From NCBI RefSeq assembly GCF_009914755.1, contig NC_060929.1: a stretch of 64,000 nt of DNA. One strand, written 5' to 3'. The translations under genes were made by a program, and so were the position numbers. Below the pieces are notes generated by a model. The model was not told the DNA's origin and did no database searches. It saw nothing but the letters and a program-made list of their open reading frames with translations. This document shows positions 39,283-51,949 of this stretch, in pieces; within the stretch, counting starts at the first letter, position 1; each line of letters starts with the position of its first letter. Source of the DNA: the human T2T-CHM13v2.0 reference genome, Homo sapiens.

Positions 39283-40585
39283 GCACAGCTTACTACATGT
39301 GTTCTGTGTGCCGTGCTCTTGCGTGCACCTGGAATGCCAACTGCACAGTTTACTGTGTCCTGTGTGCCGTGCTCTTGTGTGCATGCAGAATGCTGACCGC
39401 ACAGTTACTAAGTGTTCTGTGTTCCGTGCTCTCGTGTGCACGTGGAATGTGGACCACACAGCTAAGTGTGTTCTGTGTGGCATGCTCTAGTGTGCGCATG
39501 GAATGCTGACTGCACAGCTTACTACGTGTGTTCTGTGTTCCGTGCTCTCACATGCATGCGGAATTCTGACGGCACAGCTTACTAAGTGTGTTCGGTATGC
39601 CACACACTTGTGTGCATGCGGAATGCTGACTGCATAGCTTACTATACGTGTTCTGTGTGCCCCACTCTCCTGTGCATGTGGAATGCTGACTGCATAGCTT
39701 ACTATGTATGCTCTGTGGGCTGTGCTCTCATGTGCACGTGGAATGCTGACCGCACAGCTTACTAAGGGCGTCCTACGTGCGGTGCTCTCATGCACATGCA
39801 CAATGCCGATGGCACAGCTTACTAAGTGTGTACTGTGTGCTCTGCTCTCGTGTGCACGTGGAATGCTGACTGCACAGCTTACTACATGTGTTCTTTGTGC
39901 CACGCTCTCATGTGCGTGCACAATGATGACTGCACAGCTTACTACGTGTGTTCTGTGTGCCGTGCTCTTGTGTGCATGCAGAGTGCTGACCGCACAGCTT
40001 ACTACGTATGTTCTGTGTGCCACACTCTTGCCTGCACGTGGAATGCTGACTGCACAGCTTACTACCTGTGTTCTGTGTGTGACGCTCTTGTGTGCATGTG
40101 GAATGCTGATGGCACAACTTACTCTGTGTGTTATGTTTGCCACACTCTCGCGTGCACATGGAATGCTGACTGCACAGAGTACTAAGTGTGTTCTGTGTGC
40201 CACGCGCTTGTGTGCATGCACAATGATGACTGCACAGTTTACTGTGTTCCATGTGCCGTGCTCTTGCTTGTACATGGAATGCTGACCGCACAGCTTACTA
40301 AGTGCCTACTGTGTGCCATGCTCTCATGCGTATGCACAATGCTGACTGCACAGCTTACTATGTGTGTTCTGTGTGCCACGCTCTTGTGTGCATGTGGAAT
40401 TCTGATGGCACAGCTTACTGTGTGTGTTCTGTGTGCCACAGTTTTGTGTGCACATGGAATGCTGACTGCACAGCTTACTAAGTGTGTACCGTGTGCCATG
40501 CTCTCGTGTACATGGACAATGCTGACTGCATAACTTACTAACTGTGCTCTGTGTGCTACACTCTTGTGTGCATGTGGAATGCTGA
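39283..40585. repeat. 60-bp minisatellite (VNTR), ~21-22 units
   Basis: Consensus gaatgctgactgcacagcttactaagtgtgttctgtgtgccacgctcttgtgtgcatgtg; units stay in register with the 60-nt lines from 39481 to 40230; a few units are shorter. Confidence 0.97.
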
Positions 40586-43500
40586 ATTTATCTCAGCTGA
40601 TGACTTACTTTCATTGTTCATTTAACGCTAGAAATGTTAGGACTGATTCCTCCATTTTCTCAAAATCCAAATGCATAATTGAAATCGGCCCTACTGTTTT
40701 TAACTTTCTGTGGGGAGGGAGGCCCAGCAGTCCATCTGTTATGGAAATTTTTGAAAGACACAGAAGGTACATTATTCTTAGCCAAAAGGATTTCTCTTGG
40801 TATTTGAAATTGTTCTCAGTCTTTCATCCTTTCTTTCCTTGGCCTCCCCAGTCCCCATGTTGTGACCATATGCCTGAGATACACACATTGCGAATTTCCC
40901 CTTTGCTTTATGTTAGGGCCAGTGAAACTCTTCAGTGACTCAGTGAGGTTTATCCTAATAAGATTCCATCCTACTTTACCTTGAAACTGCAGGATGGCTG
41001 TTTTAATTATAAGGTTATCAATATATAGAAGGAAATGGGTAAAGAGATCATGTTACACAGGTATTGCAAGCATGAACAGCTCTATTGTTTTAAGTGGGAA
41101 CTTGGCCAATCCCAGAAAATGGCCCACCAGCCATATTTGCAAGCTGATGTTTATGTCTACAGTCCTCTGTGAGGGTTATGTGACCGCCTGTGAGATGGCT
41201 GTTCCACACTCTGCCTGAGCATCTGAGAGTGCCTTGTCTTTTATTTGTCACCTCCATTGCTTCAATTTATTACCATTTAAATTGGATGCTAAATTTTAAT
41301 ATGGTTATGCATGTGTTATAAGTCATTGGATGACATATCCAATATCATTGAAAATTTCTTAAATAATTATTTTGTACTCAAAATATTTTAGGAAGTGTAT
41401 AGCACATATAAAATCATGCTAGTTATGATTATTTATAATTTAAATATTATAGTGAACAAGATAATTTGAAGATATTAGTAAACATAGTGTGCCTACTATT
41501 TCCAAGAAACTTCGGTGGTGTTAATTATATTATTCCCTGTATATATACAGTATTCCCTGTATAAAAATTACACTCAGTTTGTAACCAGGTTGTCTTTTGA
41601 ACCATACAAAAGTTTTTTCTGGTACAGAGGAGAAGTTCAAATGCTGAAATTCTGTTTATATGTAGTGCCTGCTTGGCTCAAGCAGTGCAAACCATGAACT
41701 CAAACAGTCCCAGTGACAACTGTCCATGTGGCTCCAGACCTGCAGAAAGAACGTGGAAGCTCTGAAAAAGTCACAACCAGAGTTTACGTCCAGCCTCACT
41801 CTTCATGACCTGGCATTTACTTGTAACGGTGGACTTTACACACCACCCACAGACCCTGTGAAGCTGGGAGAAGCCACTGACATTTTGTCCTTCCTCACAT
41901 TTCAGTGTGATGAGCACACACAGAATACCTGCCCACTGCGAGGTACGACAGGAAATGCCGGTGACTCAAAGACCAGGGGCTTGGTCTCTTCTGGGCACCT
42001 CTTCCCATTCATGTTTCTCCTCTTCACTCCTGATTCCTTTGCATTCTCCCTTGCAATTGCTTTCCAGTTATTTCTTGATGCAACTTTTTTTCTCAAGCTA
42101 ATTTTCATGGGACACTATGGACATCTTTCGGCCTCACTGGAATTACTCAAGGTAAAGAGCATTTCATAGACCAGCGGCTTTGCTGGACAGGAAGGGCTAA
42201 ACGTAGAATCAACGACAGTCAACGATTAAAACCAACTTTCAGCTGAGTTGCAAACATTCCTTATTAGTTTTCTTCAGCATGAGTATTCCACACATGAAAT
42301 CCTCCACTTGGTTCTGCATATGGGGGCAATTGTTACAATCAAAATAGTTCAGAAAAGTTGAGGAATTACTTCATGAGGACCGTGTCATCTCGATGCATAG
42401 ACGCAATTACTTCTGCATCCGAGCCATTATTACTCACTTTCCCATTGGTTAGAAATTAATATCATCCTTTCACTAAACCAACTCTTCCTTGGATTTTTGT
42501 TTTTGTATTTTAACGACAGTTCTCCCCGCATAATTATAAACTATGTCTGTCAGGCCTCTGTCTCCAACAGTTCCCACCCTCCCCTCTGTGGTTGAAGATC
42601 CTGAACATCTTGTAATCATGCTTTGGGGAGGGTCTAGGTGAAAATCCCGGGAGTTCCACATACCCCTGAAGACCTGCTCCCATTCCACACTTGCCCCATA
42701 TTGCACATACGCAAATTAATACAGAATCTGGGTGATTTCCTATTCCAAAAGGAATCCTCATATCCACAATCATAATCCACTTTTTAAAAATCCTGAATGG
42801 CATGTTTTGACTGCCAAGCCACCGGCACTGACCAGATTATCATCACCATTTTTGGCTTTTTCAGCATGTTGTCTGATTCTCTTTGCCATTTGCCATTTTG
42901 CCATTTTAGGTTTTGTTTGTTTGGTTTTTTGCTCTGGTTACACCAATACTGACAACAGTAATGACAACAGAAAACTTGTGGGGAGCTATGCGTCCCGTAG
43001 CCTCTCGCCTGAGCTCACATCGCTCTGGGGGGATGTGTGTCCTTGTCATCCCCAGCACACAGGCCAATAATAACTACCTGGTGCCCCCATAGAAGCCTGG
43101 GAACTGAACTCAAAAAGCAAAGTCATTCTAATTTTTTACCACTTTGGTTCATACATTTTAAGTGGCTAATTCTCCATGGTCCTCCTCAGTTTGCTGGCAA
43201 CCGCGTGACCTTCAGCAGGGACGGCTCATCCATCACACTTTGAACTTTTCACTTCATTCCATGCTCCCTTCAGCTTTGCAAGGAAACCTTTGTCCACAGC
43301 CCTGTTTACTACACACAAGGGAGCCTCAATCTGTGTAGCTGTGTAACACAGGAGAGGCCCAGGTATGGCAGCATGGATCACCCATTCAGCACCTTCAAAC
43401 TTGAGTGCAAATGGTCATCCCTAAAACTCATTTTGTCCATCATCACTTTAAGTAATGAAAATTAGGCCTTTACTATATTTTTGATAGAATCCAGTTACTA

Positions 43501-43639
43501 TATTTGTAATAGTGAGTTTTTGATAGGAATCTGAGAAATTTCCTCAGCATCACATACATTATAGGTTTGTTCACAGAAAGAGAGGTGGGTAAAAAATTAA
43601 CTGAAAAGTTTATTTGGTATAATATAAAGCATGGTTTAT

Positions 43640-44266
43640 TGTGGAAGTCAGTGTGGCGATTCCTCAGGGATCTAGAACTAGAAATACCATTTGACCCAGC
43701 CATCCCATTACTGAGTATATACCCAAAGGACTATAAATCATGCTGCTATAAAGACACATGCACACGTATGTTTATTGCGGCACTATTCACAATAGCAAAG
43801 ACTTGGAACCAACCCAAATGTCCAACAATGATAGACTGGATTAAGAAAATGTGGCACATATACACCATGGAATACTATGCAGCCATAAAAAATGATGAGT
43901 TCATGTCCTTTGTAGGGACATGGATGAAATTGGAAATCATCATTCTCAGTAAATTATCGCAAGAACAAAAAAACAAACACCGCATATTCTCACTCATAGG
44001 TGGGAATTGAACAATGAGATCACATGGACACAGGAAGGGGAATATCACACTCTGGGGACTGTGGTGGGGTCGGGGGAGGGGGGAGGGATAGCATTGGGAG
44101 ATATACCTAATGCTAGATGACACGTTAGTGGGTGCAGCGCACCAGCATGGCACATGTATACATATGTAACTAACCTGCACAATGTGCACATGTACCCTAA
44201 AACTTAAAGTATAATAATAATAATAAAAAAAGAAAAAAAAAAGATTAAAAAAATAATAATAATAAT
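43640..44266 (+). mobile_element. Young 5'-truncated L1 (L1Hs/L1PA2 boundary, ACG/A type)
   Basis: Intact ORF2 C-terminus ending RIFSLIGGN*; 3' UTR ctagatgacACGttag (44122-44124) and aacttaAagt (44207); TSD aatataaagcatggtttat at 43621-43639 and 44267-44285. Confidence 0.96.
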
Positions 44267-45181
44267 AATATAAAGCATGGTTTATAAACACTGAATCTGG
44301 CTTTCTTCTTCTCAGACGTAGAGCAGGGGAGATAATCTAGGTTTGTGCTACTGGAATCTTTGAGTAAATTCTGCCAGATTCATCATGTCTCCTAGGAGCA
44401 AAAGGTAAGACCACCTAGTAATAGATGAATAAGCAAACAAACAAAAATATTTTCCAAATGCAAGACCAAAATGAATTTGCCACTTATTCTTCAGAAAGGA
44501 AAAAAATGATTTGCTGACTTGAAAATGCAGCTTTCTAGAGGCCTGGCTGTAAATGACAGGTCCTCAAATACTTGGCCCAGAGCTTGGCTATGGGGACAAG
44601 AGTTTCCCCAAAAAAAAGAAAGTGATGCTTGGTTGATAACTCTGTCACATCTATTGTAATTTGTAAGGGGAATAAAATTGTTCTAGACTTCATTTCTGAT
44701 TGTTCAATTATGTGCAAAGAATGAGGATAGAAAACATGCCTAGAGAGATATACACAACATTTTTAAGATGGTTTTCATGGGGTGATGAGATTATGTGTGA
44801 TGTCTAATTCTTTTTTTATAGTTTTTCTACATAAATAAAATTGCATGCAACAGATAAAGTTGCAGATATGGTTGATATACTACTTACATTTTATGATAAT
44901 TAACCAATTTTTAGTACCAATTATTTTTGGATTACATTTATTCTTCCCTCAAAGTTCACTATTGTATGACCACAAAAAAAAATATCTTTGGATGAGTGAT
45001 TTTCAATTGACTCATGAATATCCCAGTTTCATGCATCAAGTAAGAAGCAAGAAGCAGATTTTCACACAGGCTTGAGAGATAACAAATGACAGACTAAGGA
45101 AAATCAAGTAAAATACATTTGAGAAAGTTCTAAGGCTAATATCTTCTCTGAATTTCAGATAAACAAATGGTAGCCATATAC

Positions 45182-45691
45182 AGTAATGGTTGATTTTAGG
45201 TGTCACATTGAAAGGGTTAAGAAATACCCAGACATCTGGATATCTGGGAATGCATTGTCTCTGGCTGTGTCCCAGAGGTGGACGTTTCCAGAAGAGATTA
45301 GCATTTGAATCAGTGCACTGAGTAAGGAAGATCTGCCCTCATCGAAGGTGGGTGGGCACCATGAATCAGCTGAGGGCCGGAATAGAACAAAAAGGCAGAG
45401 GGGAGGAGAGGAAACTTTGCTCTCTCTTGTGGAGCTGGGAAACCATCTTCTCTTGCCCTTGGACATCAAAACTCCATGTTCTTCAGCCTCCAGATTCTAG
45501 GACTAGAACCAGAAGCCTCTCAGGCCCTTAGGCCTCAGACTGAGAGTTATGCCATCAGCATTCCTGGTCCTGGGGCCCTAAGACTTGGACTCAGCCACAC
45601 CACTGGCATCCTTGGTTCTCCAGTTTGCAGATGGCCTGTCTTGGGACTTCTCAGATTCCAGAATCATGAGTGCTAACTCTCTCCTGATCTG

Positions 45692-45731
<40 letters not shown>

Positions 45732-45797
45732 CATCTCTAAATATCTATTTATCTATATCTTCTATTAGTTACATTTTTCTGGAGAATTCTAAAACAT
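45182..45797 (+). mobile_element. MLT2 (ERVL) solo LTR with internal (TCTA)10
   Basis: atggttgattttaggtgtcac...tttccagaagagattagcatttgaatcagtgcactgagtaaggaagatctgccctc...ctggagaa; (TCTA)10 at 45692-45731. Confidence 0.87.
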
Positions 45798-45880
45798 ATA
45801 TATAGTATACACACACTATATATATACACATATATGCACATACACACACACACATATATATATATGTATACACACATGCA

Positions 45881-46077
45881 CAGTTAGCCCCCTATATCCA
45901 TGGGTTCCAGTATTATAAGTACTCTAGAGATTATTTGAAGCACCTGTATGTAGGAAGATATGAACAGGTTATGTGCAAATACTATACCATTTTATATAAA
46001 GGACTTGAGCATTCATGAATTTTGGTACAGGTGGGAGATCCTAGACCTAATGTCCCTTGGATATTGAGGGACACTTG
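45881..46077 (+). mobile_element. MER2 (TcMar-Tigger), internally deleted, flanked by TA/CA/TG runs
   Basis: cagttagccccctatatccatgggttcc | gtattataagtactctagaga...gcaaatactataccattttatataaaggacttgagcat...ggatattgagggac. Confidence 0.8.
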
Positions 46078-47059
46078 TGTGTGTGTGTGTATCTCATATA
46101 TTACATATATTCACATTATATATAAATATATATTCACATAAATTTGCTTCTATTTAGCAAATTTAGCCTGAGTTCTAGGTGGTGGTTGAGAGCACCATCA
46201 TTTTTGCAACTTGGGGTGAAGGGAGAGCAGGAGCCCTTCCTAATTCAGGGATCTTCCTGGTAGTGCTTTCAATCAGACTCTACTTCCAGGGGCAAAATCT
46301 GTTCCTGAGATTAAAGTAAAATCAGGAGAATTAGAAGGGATTTAGAATTTCAGTTATAAAAATAATCCCCCTTAAGGAGAAGAGTCCTCCAAAACAAGTA
46401 GACTTGCAGTATGAGTTTATCAGAAGTATCAGAACATCTGAAATAAAGAATCCTGATATGTTGAGAGATTATTTATAAATATCTTATTTAAACCTCCAAA
46501 CAACCAGTAATGTTATCATCATTACATCCCATTTCAATAAGGAAGTAGAAATGGTAGTTGAATGACATCAAGATCATTAATGAATTTCAGATTCATTAGA
46601 CGTGTCAGGCTCAGAATCCATAGTTTTCAAAGCTACAATGTCCTGTTCTCTCTTACTGAAAGGGGCCATGTGGCTCCAAGATTTAATGGTGTTGTTGGGC
46701 TTCTATCAATCTGAGTTTAACTCTATTCTGGCTTATGAAGCACTTAGGTACTTGTGAAATGGGCAATACAAAAATGAAAGCATAACCAGCTAGAAAACTG
46801 TGATAGGTCCCTTTGTGGAATAAGGACAAAAGTGATTTATTTATTAAGATATTATGTTAAATATTTGAAGAGATCAACATTTAATTTAAAAAAACTGTTG
46901 AGTTTGAAATGAGCTCATGGATTATGGATATCCAGTTAAACAACTACATTAGAATATCTACTGCATCTTTGGATGAGATAACTCTTTACCTACTCATTGT
47001 AAAACTTCATTTCTAGACATTCAGCATAGTAAATGAAGTATCACCCAAGTATTTGGCTT

Positions 47060-47515
47060 CTCCCATGAAGAAGTAGAGCCTCTCTATCTTACCAACCCTT
47101 GAATCTAGTCTGGACCTCTAGAATCTTGGAAATTATGTTATGTAAATGCTATACATAGGAAGTTAGAGTCCTGAAATCTTTTGCTCTGTTAATTAAGCCA
47201 CCCCAGAAAGAACCCAGGCTATTCTGCTGGAGAATTCGCCAGCTATTCTGCTGGTGAATTAAAAAGCAATAGCAACCCTGGACAGGTGAGTGAGGCCATC
47301 ATAGGCCACCTTGATTCAGGTGAGACACCAGAGATGTGACTTGTCTCAGGTGAGACACCAGATATGTCACTTCAGGTGAAATCAAAACAAAATTCTCCAG
47401 CAAAGCCCACACCAAATTGCCAGGCCCAAACTCCTAAGCAAATGAGTGAGTTGTTTGAAATGAAGATTTTTTTTTTTTTGCATGAGATGTTACACAGTAA
47501 TGCATAGCTGGTAAT
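47060..47515 (+). mobile_element. Old MLT1 (F-like) LTR with internal micro-duplications
   Basis: cccttgaatctagtctggacc, gtgagtgaggccatc, ccagcaaagcccacaccaaattgc, gttacacagtaatgcatagctg; duplications gctattctgctgg x2 and caggtgagacaccaga x2. Confidence 0.55.
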
Positions 47516-47669
47516 TTACAGAACAATAATATTGTATGAGTTATGCATGTGTAAATTATTGCACTGACAGGTGCAATAGTAGAAAAATATCAAAACTTGC
47601 TGCAATAGTAGAAAAATAAAAAACTTGCAGGGGCTTTAACTTTTAACAGCAGATGATATTGCAAATGCC

Positions 47670-47967
47670 TTTTCCTTTTTTTTTTTTTTTTTTTTTTGTG
47701 GGGAGATGGAGTCTGGCTCTGTTGCCCACGCTGGAGTGCAGTGATGCAATACTGCAACCTCTGCCTCCTGGGTTCAAGTGATTCTTCTGCCTCACACTCC
47801 CGAGTAGCTGGGACTACAGGCACATGCCACCATGCTCAGCTAATTTTTGTATTTTTAGTAGAGATGGGGTTTCCCCATATTGGCCAGGCTGGTCTCAAAC
47901 TCCTAACCTCGTGATCCTCAGCCTCCCAAAGTGCTGGGATTACAGGTGTGAGCCGCCGTGCCCAGCC
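47670..47967 (-). mobile_element. AluS with small internal deletions
   Basis: T tail, gagatggagtctggctctgttgccc...cctcccaaagtgctgggattacaggtgtgagcc. Confidence 0.93.
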
Positions 47968-48711
47968 ACTTCCTCTCTTGATGATACTATTTATTCATTA
48001 GTAAGTGGGAATCTTTTGTAATGAGATGACCTGCTGTGGTTACATTTTTATTATTTCTCTTCTCTAGTGAGAGATGCCAGAAATCTTCATTTAGTCTTTG
48101 GATCTGGCAACATCAGAGGAGAGGTGTGCACCTCTTGGTATCACTTGAGGGCTTTTCAGGTAAGGGGGTTGATGATGGTGAGGCAAGAAGGATGAGCGGA
48201 CGGCACCCTAAACTTACTGAGAATAATGGACAGAGTCACATGATTTAAGGAAGAGAATATCATCAGAATTTGTTTTTTAAATTTTGAATTTTTTAAATTT
48301 AATTTGGTTTTTAAATTTTAGAAGAATCTCTGCCCAAGACTTAAGTTGTAATTGGCAAAGAGAAGGAAGGGAGATGCTAACTCTGTGTCACTAAGATGGC
48401 AAATGTAAGACTTACTCCTAACTCAATGTCCCTGGGGTGGGCTGTGACTCCTGAAACCTTGGGAGCCTGTAGTGTGAGGGTGAAAATTAAAGGCCAATAT
48501 TATGAGCCAGCTTGAAACCTGATACAACTGATATCACTATTTCTAACAACAAGTTATCTTCCCCATTTGCTTCAGTAGATAAAGTCTTCTTGCCCAACAA
48601 CCCTCCTTATCAAGGGCACCAGGTACATTCCTGTTTATCCTTGAGTGGTGGGTCTCACATTCTTGCCCACCCACAGAATGATTCCAACAAGCCAATGACA
48701 TCTTCCTCCAG

Positions 48712-49273
48712 TGTGATGGTCTGAATGTGTGTTTCTCCCCAACTTCATGTGTTGAAATCCTCACCCCCAAGTTGATGGTGTTAGGAGGATTGGCCTTGGT
48801 AGGTGATGAAATGGAGAGGGACCTCATGCAATTCAACTTTCTGACAATAGAAAACAGTAAAAATTAGGTCATTGTCTGGTTCGTTATAAAAGAAAGCATC
48901 CATTTTATATCCCCTTAGAGTTTTACTTTATTATGGGTGGAGGGAATGATTTCAAAGTGCTTTGTCTCAAGAAATGTACAAATTTATTGGGAATTTCCCT
49001 TCAATAAATGTCATGTTCTCAATTTTTTTAAATGATATTAGGTCTCTTAGAAAAGAGGCCCCGGAGAGCTAAGAGAGCCCCTTCCACCACAGGAGAACAC
49101 AGTGAGAAGGCACCATCTGTCCACCAGGAAGAGTGCCCTTGCCAGACATTGAATCTGCCAGTGCCTGGATCTTGAACTTTGCAGCCCCCAGAACGGTGAG
49201 AAACAAATGTTTGTTGTTTACAAGCCACCCAGTTTATGGCATTTTGTTACCACTGGCCAAATGGACTAAGACA
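48712..49273 (+). mobile_element. MLT1A0-like LTR split by a ~200-bp insert (48829-49030)
   Basis: tgtgatggtctgaatgtgtg...gttgaaatcctcacccccaa...ctcatg | aatgatattag...agtgagaaggcaccatct...aagccacccagtttatgg...gactaagaca. Confidence 0.85.
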
Positions 49274-50305
49274 CATGGGAACCAGGGGCCAGTCCACCTT
49301 CTTAAAGCTTCCCACAGATGCTGTTTGTTCACTCTGTTCCCACATGCAGTCTCCATGTGGCCCCATCTGGTGTGTGATGTCCTCCTCCCTCAGACTGTGA
49401 GCATAAGTAACTACTAAAGTGTGGTCTACCTCACCTGTCCAGTCATGTATTCTACCATCTCCATAACTAGAGGGTGGAAATTCCTTCCTCACCAATGGGG
49501 TAAAGAGGTGGTGAAAACAGAGCCCCCACACTGAGGACAGATACAAGGGAGCATCCCCACATCAAAGAAACTGGATGGATTGAGCAGCAACCTGGACCAG
49601 TGAGCCAGGCTTAGGAGCAGACTGCCTGCCTTTTGGATGGCACAGCCTAACACTGTTACAACAATGGGGCCTGGTCACTTCAAGCAAAGGTGACGCATAC
49701 AGATCAGATTCCAGTGCTACCTCTGCTTGACTGTAGATATAAAAGCGGCCTGCTTCTGGACTGGACTTTGTAAATTCTCTAGGATCTTGGACAATTTCAA
49801 CTGAAGGGTATGATTTAAGTGATTGATTGGTTGTGAAAGCTAAGGTTGTATTTGCCTCCTGAATCCAAGTTGTAACAATAGTAATTGTTCTACCAGAATG
49901 TTCCCAAACACTTCTTTAGAGACATGGAGTTGAGCTGTCCCGTAACTTCAGCCAGCCATCCTGGACACTGATGCCCAGGCATCCTGCTGTGCTCAGCTGA
50001 TACTCCCCATGAAGACAGCATCTCAGTCCCTGTGCCAGACATTAGGGCTAGAGCTCAGATACACTGTTTGCTCCTCCACAAACTGGAACAATGCTGCAGT
50101 CCCAGTAGCAGCTTGAAGGCCAGCGAATCTTGCTCAGCCTCCCATCCTAGGCACTCTTGCAGGCGGCCCACATGCAGATCTCCCTTGTCCCTCTCTCTGC
50201 TCATGCCGTCATAGCTACGCCAGGCCTTTGCCTTATCTCCTGGCTTCCTGCTCACTGCTTCATTCTCTTCTTATTGTATTTTAATTTTTACTATTGGCTT
50301 ACTAG

Positions 50306-50655
<350 letters not shown>

Positions 50656-50719
50656 TGCCATATAATTTGTAAAACACATATTTGACTTATAACAATCTGC
50701 TCTAAATCATATTTTAACC

Positions 50720-50747
50720 ATATATATATATATATACATACATACAA

Positions 50748-50787
<40 letters not shown>

Positions 50788-50812
50788 GGTTTATATATAT
50801 ATAGAGAGAGAG
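50720..50812. repeat. (TA)n/(CA)16/(GA)n compound microsatellite
   Basis: Read directly; CA run at 50751-50782. Confidence 0.92.
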
Positions 50813-51905
50813 TGTAAGACTCTTACAATGGTATACTTCCAATTCTTAACTCCTATACTTTGTACAATTTTGTCATAGCTTTATTTATGCTTTAAATCTA
50901 TAATATGTAATTAATATTTTTACTGTATAAAGTAAATTCTCTCTGAAAAAAATACGTATTGTACATTGACATTCATATTTAGCATTTTTGGTGATTTTTT
51001 CTAGAGATTTGAATTCATATCTGGTGTCGATATTTCTCTGCCTGATGAACTATCTTTATCATTTTTTATGATACATATCTGCCAGCCTTGAATTCTCTTG
51101 GTTTTCATTTTATTTTATTTTTTAATCTTAATTTGTAAGAGATATTTTCCTCTGGGTAAATAAATCCATTTTTTTTTCAAAAGTCTTTTAGTACTTTAAA
51201 GATGCCATTCTATTGCCTCTTTCTTATCTTGCATTTTCTGATGAAAACTGTGTTGCTGTGTATGTCTTTGTTATTCTGTGTAATATGTTTTCTTTCTGTC
51301 TTCATCATTTTTTATTTTTCTTTGTTTTTGGATTTCAGTAGATCGGGTGGTGTCTAAGTGCTTTCTAAAATAATTGTATTTAATCCTCCTTGGAGTTCTC
51401 TGAGCTTCTTGGGTTTGTAGTTTGATGTCTTTCATTGATTTTGGAAAATTCTTGGTCACTCTCACTCCTGTTTCATTCCCTTTTCTCATTCTGCATTTTT
51501 AATTGTCATCTTTTAGACTGCTAAAATTGTCTGACAGTTTATTATATTAGGCTTCTTTTTAACCTTTTCTTTTTCTCTTTTCTCTATTGGTTTGTATAAT
51601 TTCTTTTAACCTATATTTATTTTCCTAAGTTGTTCCTAATTTACTAATAAAGCCATCAAATAATCTCTTTATGTCTGATTTCTTTTATTTCTAGCATGTC
51701 AATTTACTTATTTGTATTGTTTCTATCTCTGTAAAATTTTCCATCTCCTTATACATGTTGTCACCTTCTTTCTGGAGTTTTTTAAATATTTATAGTTATT
51801 ATAACATCTCTGCATGATAGTTTTTACTCCCATGATGTTTGACTCTGGTTTCTCAATTGCTTTATCTCTGGACCTTGGGTTGCTTTCTTCCCTTTATATA
51901 AGCCC

Positions 51906-51949
<44 letters not shown>
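51906..51949. repeat. (TAGA)11 tetranucleotide STR, followed by an AT-only tract
   Basis: Perfect tagatagata... run; AT-rich tract ~51956-52015. Confidence 0.95.

Noticed and set aside
39487-40533. Long Cys/His-rich ORFs (up to 262 aa) as a metal-binding or keratin-associated protein gene
   Set aside because: They are open on both strands and in several frames only because the 60-bp unit is a multiple of 3 and poor in stop codons. No promoter, splice or codon-position evidence.
39283-40585. 60-bp array as a CRISPR-like locus
   Set aside because: Whole units are homologous end to end, with no unique spacers and no cas genes, in a eukaryotic context. It is a minisatellite.
43567-44010. 147-aa ORF as a host-L1 fusion gene
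   Set aside because: It starts at TTG in flanking DNA that happens to be in frame with the ORF2 C-terminus of a 5'-truncated L1.
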